64,000 nt of DNA, from contig CAVYSY010000024.1 in the NCBI GenBank assembly GCA_963771175.1, positions 64,001-128,000 of the forward strand, in the 5' to 3' direction. This document shows, in pieces, positions 9,761 to 19,217 of the stretch (the first letter of the stretch is position 1; each line of letters begins with the position of its first letter). The notes beneath the pieces are model-generated. The model saw only the letters and a program-made list of their open reading frames with translations. It was not told the DNA's origin and ran no database searches. The position numbers and the translations under genes are program-made. Source of the DNA: an uncultured delta proteobacterium (GTDB lineage Bacteria > Myxococcota > Myxococcia > Myxococcales > Myxococcaceae).

Positions 9761-11269
9761 TCAGCGACCTTGACCGGAGGATGTCGGCATCGTCCAGGCC
9801 CGATGTTCGGAGGCGCCTCCCGGGCGCGTCCACACCCACTCCCACCGCTCGGAGGCCCCACCGCGGCCGGCCGACGGGTGCGACCCGGCCCACTGCTCGG
9901 AGGCGCCGCCCGGCCTGCCCAACCCGGCCCACTGCTCCGAGGCACCGCCCGGCCTGCCCAATCCGGCCCACTGCTCCGAGGAGCCGCTGGGGCGGGGAAT
10001 ATCCCAGTACGGCTGCTCGGACGAGCCCTCGCCTGGAGCGGCTCCGCCGAGGCGCTCACGCTGACTCTCGGGGATGTCCTCGAACCCCCCACTGCCCGGC
10101 AGGGGCACGCGGCGCCAGGTGATGTACTCGCGCTCCTCGACGTCCGCGGTGCGGGTGGGCGCGGTGGCGGCCTGCGCCTCCATGGTGATGGCGCGGGTGA
10201 CGGGCGGCATGCGCAGGAAGCGCACCGAGGTGTCCGAGGACGGGCCCAGCGGCGGCAGGAAGACGCGGTTGGAGGAGTGGCCGATCCGGCGCGAGCGGCC
10301 GCTGCCGCCGACGAAGTGGATCTCCACCCGGTAGGGGTGGCCGGGCGTCATCCCGTGGACGTAGTAGCTGCGCGACTCGAGCGCGACGTCGATTACCCGC
10401 AGCAGCGTGTCGCCATCATCATAGACGCGCAGCACGGCGCGCGGCGACTCCAGTCCGGCCAGGGCGCGCTCGCGAGCGGCCTCGCTGAAGTCCCAGAGCA
10501 CGAAGAGGGTGTGCGGATCGCGCGGCAGCAGCAGGACCGTGTCGTCCGCGTAGTCCATCGGCAGCTCGCCGAGGTTCTCCGCGTAGTCCGGCGCGCCGAG
10601 CGCCTCGCGGGGCTGGCGGCGCTGCGACTCGGTGAGGTGGTGGCGGAAGGCCTCCTGCTCGCCCGCCACGCGCGCCACGAAGAAGCCCTCCACCAGCGGC
10701 TCCGCGGCGTGCTGGGCCACGTGGGAGGGCGAGGGGGGCTCGACCGGGGCCGGAGGCATGGTGAGGGTGGGCTCGTCATCGCTCAAGAGCCGGCCCGGCC
10801 TGGGCTTGGGCGGGAAGGTGACCACCTCGGCGGGCCGGGGCGGGTGACGCACGGGCGTCTTCTCTTCATCTTCCTCGGGCAGGGGCCGCTCCGGGGCGAC
10901 GGGCTGCTGCGGACGGTCCTCGGGCTTCTCGGTGCGCGAGGCCGCGGAGATGGCCACCGGGGCCTTGCGCGTCCCCTTCACCTTCTCCCGGACCGCCTTC
11001 ACCTTCTCCTGGACCTTCTTCTGGGCCGAGCTGGCCTTCTTCTCCGGCTTCGGAGCCTCGGTCCTCGCCGCCTTTGCGGTTTTGGCGGCCTTCGAGGGCT
11101 TCGCGGCCTTCGGCGCCGTCTCGCCCGCGAGCTTCCCGAGCCCGGGCACCAGCTTGGCGAGTGCCGAGAGGAGGTCTTCCTTGGTCTTGAACTTGCTGTG
11201 CCCGCGCCCCAGATGCTTGCGCGCGAGTTCCCGCAGGTACTCCACCGTGACGCTCTTGAGGTCGGCCAT
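9761..11269 (-). CDS. DUF4912 domain protein
   Basis: N-terminal LRELARK...KEDLL segment, ELPMDYADDTVLLLPRDPHTLFVLWD core, GxSE-repeat tail; directly upstream of GH57. Confidence 0.82.
   Translation of the reverse strand: MADLKSVTVEYLRELARKHLGRGHSKFKTKEDLLSALAKLVPGLGKLAGETAPKAAKPSKAAKTAKAARTEAPKPEKKASSAQKKVQEKVKAVREKVKGTRKAPVAISAASRTEKPEDRPQQPVAPERPLPEEDEEKTPVRHPPRPAEVVTFPPKPRPGRLLSDDEPTLTMPPAPVEPPSPSHVAQHAAEPLVEGFFVARVAGEQEAFRHHLTESQRRQPREALGAPDYAENLGELPMDYADDTVLLLPRDPHTLFVLWDFSEAARERALAGLESPRAVLRVYDDGDTLLRVIDVALESRSYYVHGMTPGHPYRVEIHFVGGSGRSRRIGHSSNRVFLPPLGPSSDTSVRFLRMPPVTRAITMEAQAATAPTRTADVEEREYITWRRVPLPGSGGFEDIPESQRERLGGAAPGEGSSEQPYWDIPRPSGSSEQWAGLGRPGGASEQWAGLGRPGGASEQWAGSHPSAGRGGASERWEWVWTRPGGASEHRAWTMPTSSGQGR
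9790..10030 (-). repeat. Coding tandem repeats G[AS]SE(Q/R/H)W in the DUF4912 tail, including about 39-bp near-perfect units
   Basis: Translation GSSEQWAGLGRPGGASEQWAGLGRPGGASEQWAG...GGASERW...GGASEH. Confidence 0.85.
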
Positions 11270-11402
11270 AGGCAGGAAGGGGCTTAGGTCGACAGGGCCG
11301 GGGGGGTCAACGAGCGATTTCACTTCTGTTCTGGGTCACACCCCACGTGGATGACGGGGGCGGTGACAAGCCGGGAGTCGCCTCTGTATCCTGCGATCCG
11401 TC

Positions 11403-13734
11403 TTGAGCGACCTGCCCAGACTTCTGCTGTGCAGCTTCGACGTCCTCCCCGGCCCGTCAGGATCATCGCGCCGTGTGACGGAGTATTTGAAGGCATTGCC
11501 CGATCGGTTCTCGGTGGTGGTGCTGTCGGTCAAGACGCCCGACCACTCGCACATCGAGAAGTACGAGGGCGCGCGCCTGCTCCGGGTGCCGGTGGGCTCG
11601 GGGGACCTGGCCTCGCGCATCCAGGCCTTCGAGCGCGCCGTGCGGCGCCAGCTCGAGAGCGAGGAGTACGCGCTCGTCCACTTCACCGACCCCTTCGGCG
11701 GCTACGCCCTGTGCGAGCTCAAGGGCGACTACGGCTACCGCCTCATCTATGAGGCCCAGTCCTTCCCCTCCCAGGAGCTGCGCTACACGCACCCGCAGCT
11801 CGAAGGAGACCGGAAGTTCCTCTCCAAGGTCCGGCGCCAGGAGCTGTTCTGCCTGATGAACGCGGACCTGGTCGTCACCGGCTCGCCCACGACGCGCTCC
11901 TTCATCCACTCGCTGGGGGTGAGCCAGGACTCGGTGCGCGTGGTGCGCGCGCCGGTGGACCTGGGGCCCTACGTGCCCGCGGCGCTCGGCTCGCCGGACG
12001 GCACTCCCATGCGGCTGATGTACCTCGGCAGCCAGGTGGCGTGGCAGGGACTGCCCGGGCTGCTGCGGGGACTCGCACTGGCGGTGAAGCAGGTGGATGT
12101 GCGGCTCACCCTCGTGGGCGCCCGCCACCCGGACTGGCAACCACACCTGGAGGACCTCGTCTCCGAGCTGGGCCTCAAGCAGCACGTCGAGTTCCAACCC
12201 CCCGTGAGCCATGACGACGTGGCCAAGGTGCTCACGCTCGCGGACGTGGGGGTGCTGCCGCTCGATGACGTGGACCGCAACCGCGTGCAGGGCGGGGCAC
12301 TCTCCAAGCTGTCCGAGTACCTCGCCGCCGGCCGCCCGGTGCTCGCCGCCGATCTGCCCATGACCCGCGAGCTCGTCCCCGCCTCGGCCGGAGTCTTCTA
12401 CCCGCCGGGAGACACCCAGGCGCTCGCGGATCGCATCATCGAGCTGGCGCGCGACGTGCCTCGGCGGGTCGCCCTCGGGAAGCAGGCGCGTGCCATGGCG
12501 GAGCTGTCGCTCGACGCGGGCCTCATCCGGGGTCAGCTCCTGGACCTCTATGACAGCCTGCTCGGAAAGCGTCCGGTGACGATGGACGCCGCCCCGCCCG
12601 ACCTGGTCCCCCAGGCGACGATGGTGACGGGCACGCCCACCAACCGCATCCTCGCGCTCGCGGGCACGGTGAGCGCGAGCGCGCCGGAGCCCGCTCCGCC
12701 CCCGGCCGAAGAGAAAGAGCCCACGAGCGGGACCGCTCCGGACGCCAGTCCAGCCGAGCCCGAGGCCCCACGCGAGGAGCTGCCGCTCGTCGTGGGACAC
12801 GTCTTCCTGGAAGAGGGCCTCGACACGCGCCTCATCAAGACGGAGCCGGCGGCCTCGCGCTCCGAGGGGCCCCCGGTGGTGATGGGACTGCCCCTGCGCG
12901 AGCCCTCCGCCCCGTCCTTCGATTTCGCCCCGACCGAGCACGATTCACGGCCAGGAGCCCCCCCCGTGGTGATGGGGCAGCCCCTGCGCGAGTCCCCTCC
13001 CGAGGAGAACGCCTTGACCGAGCAGGATTCGCGGCTGCGCGGGCCTCCCGTGGTCATGGGGTCGCCCCTGCGTGAGCCCACCACGCCCCCGTCCCCGAGC
13101 CCGGTTCCTATGAGCCCGGGAGTCAAGCCGCCGCCCCTCGAGAACCGCTCCGCCCCCGAGACCGCGGCACCGCCCCGCCCTCCCGCGCTTCCGCGCGCCC
13201 CCTCCCAGATCCGTGGAGCCGCTCACACCCCGCCCCATGGAGACCCCTCCCCGTCTCCGGACGGCGGAACCGCCCAGCCTGACGGAGAAGGCGCGCCCGT
13301 CGCTGCCCGCCATCCCCACGTTGCCCTCCCAGGCCCATCCGGCCAGTGGCGCGAGGCCCGTGTCCCCTCCCCCGCTGGCTCGCACCTCCGCACCGGTCGA
13401 AGAGCCCGAGGAACTCGCCGAGGCCGAGGCCGAGGAGATTCACGAGGTAGATAGCTCTCCGACACCGCCCCACGCGCACCCACTCTTGGGGGAGCCGGAG
13501 GAGATCAGCAGCGAGGAGATCCAGGAGGCCGACTCCGCGGAAGAGGCACCCAAGGAGCCGCCCGAGTCGAGGCTGAACGCATGGTTCGCCCAACTGGCTC
13601 ACGGGTACTGCCCTCCAGAGGGGACGCAGTTCGCCCGGCACACCCCCCCCACCACCTTCCCCGGACGCGATGAGGAGCCCGGTGTACCCCCTGCCCCGAA
13701 GGCGCAGGGAGCATCCCGTGGCAAACCCTCATAA
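11403..13734 (+). CDS. Glycosyltransferase family 4 protein with long Pro-rich C-terminal extension (apparent frameshift near 13210)
   Basis: GT-B fold motifs (LSKLSEYLAAGRPVLAADLP; GDTQALADRI); the tail continues in ORF 13213-13734 (WFAQLAHGYCPP). Confidence 0.82.
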
Positions 13735-13847
13735 TCCGGGACTCGTACAGCAACCAACCGAGCGCGACGCGGAAACTTTCCAAGCCTTGTCGCGCGTGAC
13801 TAGGATGTGCCGGTTTTCATTGCACTTTTCCTGGGTTAAAGGGCTGC

Positions 13848-16800
13848 ATGGAGCGCCGGGTTCTCATCGTCGAAAGCCAGAACGACTTCGCCCTCAGCAT
13901 GGCCACCGTGCTCAAAAGCGCGGGTTATCAAACGGCCATGGCGGCAACCGCCGCCGACGCACAGCGTGAGATGGAGAAGCGCCGACCGGACCTTGTCGTC
14001 GTCCGCGGCCGAGCTGCCGGATCAGTCCGGCTTCACCCTTTGCGGGCAGATCAAGAAGGGAAAGTGGGGTCAGAACCTCAAGGTGCTGCTGCTGTCCTCG
14101 GACACGGGTATCGAGGGGCTCAACCAGCACCGTCAGACGCCAGGAGCCGCGGACGGCTACCTCGTCATCCCCTTCGAGATGGGAGAGCTGCGCCGACATG
14201 AGCCACGGCATCATCCCTCCCGGTGAGGACGAGTTCCTGGCGTCCTCGGGCGACGGTCCGCCGGCCATGCCGCCGCCGCTGCGTGCCGCCCCCGCGGGTG
14301 CTCCGCCGAAGCTGCCCAAGCGCGAGCGCCGCAGCGCCATCACCGACGAGGACCGCACCTTCCTCGAGCGCTCCTTCCAGTCCATCGCGGACCGCAAGGC
14401 CGAGCTGCTCGCCGAGTCCCGCCAGCTCAAGCGTCCGCCCCCGCGGCGCGACCTGATGGGCACGCCCGAGGGCAAGGTCCAGCTCCTCCGCGACGAGCTC
14501 AAGGTGCGCGAGTCGCAGATCGCCCGCATCTCGGAGATCTGGACCGTCCGCGAGCGCGAGCTGCTCTCCGTCGAGGACCGGCTCCACGAGAAGGACGTGG
14601 AGCTCCAGGGCCTGAAGATGCAGGTGGACGATCTGCTGCGGCGCTTCAACGAGGCGCAGCAGTCGATGCTCCAGAAGGAGCGCGAGCACGGCGCCACCGT
14701 CGACGACCTGCTCCTGCAGAAGTTCTCCTGCGAGAAGGACCTCATCGAGGTGGTGGCCTCCAAGGAGAAGGACATCAACGTCCTTCGCCGCGAGGTGTCG
14801 CAACCGCGATGACGAGCTGTCCCGCCGCGCCGCGGAGCTGGAGCACGCCCGCGACGAGTACGACAAGCTCGAGAAGCAGCTCGACATCGTCACGCTCGAG
14901 TTCGAGGTCAAGGAGCAGAAGCTCACCGAGACGGTGCAGGCGCACGAGGCCGAGTTGGCCCGCCGCCACCAGCGCATCGAGGGCCTGGAAGGCGAGCTGG
15001 CCAGCACCATCGGTGAGCGCGACCAGCGCTACGCCGAGCTGAGCGGGGAGATCCAGGCGCTGCAGGAGCGGCTGGCCCAGACCGAGCAGGAGCGCGACAC
15101 CACCGTGCGCGCCCTGGAGGCTCGCGCCACCGCGGCCGAGGAGCACGGCGCCCAGGCGGACGCGGAGATCCAGCGGCTCATCGAGGAGCGCAACGCGCTC
15201 GAGGCGCGGCTCAACGAGCAGATCGCCGACCTGGAGTCGGACCTGACCCGCATGACGGGCGAGCGCGACCAGCTCCAGCAGGACAAGGACGCGCTGGAGA
15301 GCGACCTCACCCAGCGGCTCGAGGAGCGCGACGCCAAGATCGCCGCGCTCGAGCGCGAGCTGCCGGAGACCATCGCTCGCAACGAGCACCAGGAAGCCGA
15401 GCTCAACGCCAACATCCAGCAGCAGATGGAGCGCGTCGGTGAGCTGGAGGGCGAGGTCGAGGCCCTCAAGGCGCACCTGGCCGACCGCGAGGCCGAGCTC
15501 ACGGGCGAACTGGAGGCCATGACCCAGGCTCGCAACGAGCTGGAGGCCGCCAAGGACGCGATGGAGGCCGACCTCAACGGCCAGCTCCAGGCGCTCAACG
15601 AGGCCGTCGCCGACCGCGACACGCAGATCTCCAACCTGCGCGGCGAGCTGGAGGCCACCTCCCAGACGCTCTCCGAGACGCAGAACACGCTCGCGCAGAC
15701 CGAGGAGACCCTCGCCACCACCCGCGGCGAGCTGGAGGCCACCTCCCAGACGCTCTCCGAGACGCAGAACACGCTCTCCGAGACCCAGGCCGTCCTCGCC
15801 GACACGCAGGGCCGTCTCTCCGCCACCGAGGAGACCCTCGCCAGCACCCGTGGCGAGCTGGACGCCACCACCCAGTCGCTCTCCGAGACGCAGGCTGTCC
15901 TCGCCGACACGCAGGGCCGCCTCTCCGCCACCGAGGAGTCGCTGGCCAGCACCCGCGGTGAGCTGGACGCCACGACCCAGACGCTCTCCGTGACGCAGAA
16001 CACGCTGTCCGAGACCCAGGCCACTCTCTCGGATACGCAGGGCCTGCTCACCCAGACCGAGGAGACGCTCGCCAGCACCCGCGGCGAGCTGGACGCCACG
16101 ACCCAGGCGCTCTCCGAGACCCAGGGTCGCCTCGCCCAGACCGAGGAGTCGCTCGCCACGACTCGCGGCGAGCTGGACGCCACCTCCCAGTCGCTCTCCG
16201 AGACCCAGGGCACCCTCACCGATACGCAGGATCGGCTCGCCCAGACCGAGGAGACGCTCGCCACGACTCGCGGCGAGCTGGAGGCCACCTCCCAGTCGTT
16301 CGCGCAGACGCACGAAACCCTCGTCCATACGCAGAGCCAGCTGGCCGAGACGCAGGGAGAGCTCGCCGCCACGCGCGACGCGCTCGCCAACGAGCAGGCC
16401 GCCCACGCGCAGACCCAGCAGCAGGCCACCGCCATCCAGGCGGACCTGGAGGCCCAGCTCGCCCAGTCGCGCGACCAGAGCCAGGAGCTCGAGGAGCAGC
16501 TCTTCCTCACCAAGCAGGAGCTCGGCAGCCGCGTCGCCGAGGTCACCCAGCTCAGCTCGCAGCTCTCCCAGTCCGAGGACGAGCACCACCGGATGGAGGA
16601 GCGCTTCAACACGCTCACCACCGAGTCGCAGCGCCGCATCGAGTTCCTGGAGAAGGACTCGGCCAACAAGAGCCAGGAGCTGTCGGACACGCTCCAGAAG
16701 CTCAGCGTGGTGACGCAGGAGAAGGAGCGTCAGCGCGAGGCCCTCAGCCGCGAGGTCGCCGCCAGGACCGAGCAGCTCAAGCAGCTCGACGCCCGCCGCC

Positions 16801-17813
16801 AGCAGGAGGCGGAGCAGGCGAAGCGTCAGCTCGACGAGCTCACCCGGCAGGGTGCCGCCCTCTCCTCCGAGCTGGACACCGCGCGCAAGCACATCGCCGC
16901 GCGTGAGGAGCAGCTCCGCGTCGCGGGCAACACCCAGGCGAAGCTGCAGTCGGATCGCGAGGGGCTGGCCGCTCAGCTCGCCGAGGTCCAGGCGCAGTTC
17001 CAGGCGCTCCAGCAGGCCCACGCCCACGAGCGCTCCGAGGCGAAGCGCGCGATGGACGAGCTGGCCCAGAAGCTGGCCCGCTCCGAGGCCCGTGTCGCCC
17101 AGGTCACCCAGGAGGGCCAGGCTCGCGTCTCCGAGGCCGACACGAAGCTCAAGGAGGTCCAGGCCCAGCTCACCGCCCGGGCGAAGAAGATCCAGGAGCT
17201 CGAGCTGGCGGTGGAGAACGCCGCGGGCACCAAGAGCCGCCTGGAGAAGGAGCTCAACGCCAAGGTGGCCGCGGCCGAGGCCAAGATCCACGAGGCCGCC
17301 ACGAGGCTCGCCGCCGCCCTCAAGGAGCGCAAGGAGCAGGAGGCCCGGCAGCAGAAGGAGCTCGAGGAGCTGGCCGCCCGTCAGAAGGCGGAGCTGGAGC
17401 GCCGCGACGCCCTGAAGGCCCAGGAGATCGCCCGCCTGCAGCAGTCCGTGCAGGAGAAGAGCAAGGCGCTCAAGGTCGCCGAGCTGGAGCTGGCCCGCTA
17501 CAAGACCAAGGCCCCCGCCTCGCCCAGCACCCCCGCCGCGAAGGCGTCCGCCAAGGCCGCCCCGGTGGAGGACGAGAACCTCAACACCACGCAGGTCAAC
17601 ACCATCGCGCCCGCCGCGCCGGCTCCAGGCCGTGCGGCTCCTCGTGCGGCCGCGAAGAACACCGTGGCCAAGAAGCCCGCTGCGGCTCCTCCGCCAGTCA
17701 TGGAGGAGGAGGAGGAGGCTCCCGAGCGCACCGTGGTCATGCAGATCCCCACGGCTCCGGGTGGCGCCGACGAGAGCGACTGGACGTCGCTCGTCGACGA
17801 GCTGGACAAGTAG
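13848..17813 (+). CDS. aglZ: Adventurous gliding motility protein AglZ (pseudo-receiver plus long coiled coil); apparent frameshifts near 14005, 14195 and 14805
   Basis: N-terminus MERRVLIVESQNDFALSMATVLK...AELPDQSGFTLCGQIKKGKWGQNLKVLLLSS matches AglZ as I recall it; about 1000 aa of coiled coil; C-terminus DWTSLVDELDK. Confidence 0.88.
15639..16373 (+). repeat. Heptad (21-bp) tandem repeat array within aglZ
   Basis: Seven blocks starting RGEL(E/D)AT of 28, 42, 35, 42, 28, 35 and 35 aa, all multiples of 7. Confidence 0.92.
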
Positions 17814-17822
17814 CGGTCCACC

Positions 17823-17855
17823 GGCACGCGCCGCGACTAGAGCGCGGCGCGTGCC
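17823..17855. terminator. Hairpin at the junction of convergent genes, possible bidirectional terminator
   Basis: Perfect 13-bp inverted repeat ggcacgcgccgcg-actagag-cgcggcgcgtgcc; no U-tract; one arm overlaps the end of the small minus-strand gene. Confidence 0.55.
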
Positions 17856-18055
17856 TGACGAACCAGGTCCCGGATTTCCACGGTGGCGATCACCGACCGG
17901 ATGGACACCGGAGTCCCCTGGGTATGGGACTGGAGCCGGGCCATCTGCCAGCGCTCCCGGATGGTCCGTGTGGCGATGTAGGCCACCAGCAGCACGAAGG
18001 CCCCGGGCACCAGGGCCACCGTCACCACCAGCATCATCCGCCACAACCAGGACAT
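17837..18055 (-). CDS. Small (72 aa) membrane protein
   Basis: MSWLWRMMLVVTVALVPGAFVLLVAYIAT hydrophobic segment; GGAGG Shine-Dalgarno upstream. Confidence 0.7.
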   Translation of the reverse strand: MSWLWRMMLVVTVALVPGAFVLLVAYIATRTIRERWQMARLQSHTQGTPVSIRSVIATVEIRDLVRQARAAL

Positions 18056-18091
18056 GACCGCCGCCTCCAGAAACAGAGCGGGGCCTCTTAA

Positions 18092-18108
18092 TGCACGTCG
18101 TGTGCCCA
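18092..18108 (-). promoter_or_regulatory. Putative sigma-54 promoter for the small membrane protein
   Basis: Minus strand TGGGCACACGACGTGCA has GG-N10-GC with GGCAC at -24 and TGCA at -12. Confidence 0.55.
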
Positions 18109-18241
18109 CGGCGTGGAAATAATTTCGCGAGTTGTTCCGGCCACTTGGAGGGAGAGCAGCCGGCTCGGGTGTGGGGGAAGGGCCACGGGTCTGGCATTTT
18201 TGCCGCAGTGGCCTGAAAAACCTTCGGTTAAGTTCAAAGGC

Positions 18242-19183
18242 GTGACCACCGCCTCCCCTTCGACTGAATCGCGCCCCCTGGCCAGCGTGGACGATGCGCA
18301 GACGCGCCTGGAGCAGGTGGGCTACCTGCCCTCCCCGGAGATCGCCACGGCGAGCTTCCTGGCGGATCGGATGGACAAGCCCATCCTGGTGGAGGGCCCG
18401 GCGGGGGTGGGCAAGACGGAGCTGGCCAAGGCGCTGGCGCAGTCGCTCGGGCGCGAGTTCATCCGCCTGCAGTGCTACGAGGGCCTGGACGAGGCCAAGG
18501 CGCTCTACGAGTGGGAGTACGCCAAGCAGCTCCTCTACACCCAGCTCCTGAAGGACAAGATCGGCGAGATGGTGCAGGGCACGGGGACGCTGGTCGAGGC
18601 GGCGGACCGGCTGGCGACGAGCGACGCGGTGTTCTTCTCGGAGCGCTTCCTGCTGCCGAGGCCGGTGCTGCGCTCGCTGCTCTCGGACCGGCCCGCGCTG
18701 CTGCTGGTGGATGAGATCGACAAGGCGGATCCCGAGTTCGAGGCCTTCCTGCTGGAGGTGCTGTCGGACTACGCGGTGACGATTCCGGAGCTGGGGACGT
18801 TCAAGGCGAAGCACATCCCGCGGGTGGTGCTGACGTCGAACAACGCCCGGGAGCTGTCGGACGCGCTGAAGCGGCGGTGCCTGCACCTGCACATCGACTT
18901 CCCGGACCGGGAGCGGGAGCTGCGGATCATCCGGAAGCGGCTGCCGGAGGTGTCGAGCACGCTGGCGGAGCAGGTGGTGGAGGCGGTGGCGGCGATCCGG
19001 AAGCTGGACCTGAAGAAGGCGCCGTCGATCAGCGAGACGCTGGACTGGGTGCAGAGCCTCGCGCTGCTCAACGCGGAGTCGCTGACGGCGGACCTGGTGG
19101 CGGCAACGTTGAACCTGGTGCTGAAACACGAGGGTGACATCGAGAAGGCGAGGAGCAACCTCGCGCAGATCGCGCAGGCCTGA
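18242..19183 (+). CDS. MoxR/CoxD-family AAA+ ATPase
   Basis: Walker A GPAGVGKT, RLQCYEGLD, Walker B LLVDEIDK, LTSN, SDALKRRCL; GTG start at 18242. Confidence 0.9.
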   Translation: MTTASPSTESRPLASVDDAQTRLEQVGYLPSPEIATASFLADRMDKPILVEGPAGVGKTELAKALAQSLGREFIRLQCYEGLDEAKALYEWEYAKQLLYTQLLKDKIGEMVQGTGTLVEAADRLATSDAVFFSERFLLPRPVLRSLLSDRPALLLVDEIDKADPEFEAFLLEVLSDYAVTIPELGTFKAKHIPRVVLTSNNARELSDALKRRCLHLHIDFPDRERELRIIRKRLPEVSSTLAEQVVEAVAAIRKLDLKKAPSISETLDWVQSLALLNAESLTADLVAATLNLVLKHEGDIEKARSNLAQIAQA

Positions 19184-19217
19184 GCCCCCTCCCCACTCTC
19201 CTCGCCATGGGCCCGAG

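Noticed and set aside
7847..11287. 1146-aa plus-strand ORF
   Set aside because: Antisense shadow of GH57 and DUF4912 in high-GC DNA; no recognisable motifs
13848..14830. Programmed frameshifting or true pseudogenisation of aglZ
   Set aside because: No slippery sites recognised, and similar indels are scattered through many unrelated genes
14775..18197. 1140-aa minus-strand repetitive ORF
   Set aside because: Antisense of the aglZ coiled coil; its repeats simply mirror aglZ
18191..18207. Sigma-54-like site upstream of the MoxR gene (TGGCA...CCGC)
   Set aside because: GG-N10-GC spacing is right but the -12 element is a poor match; chance occurrence is likely in GC-rich DNA
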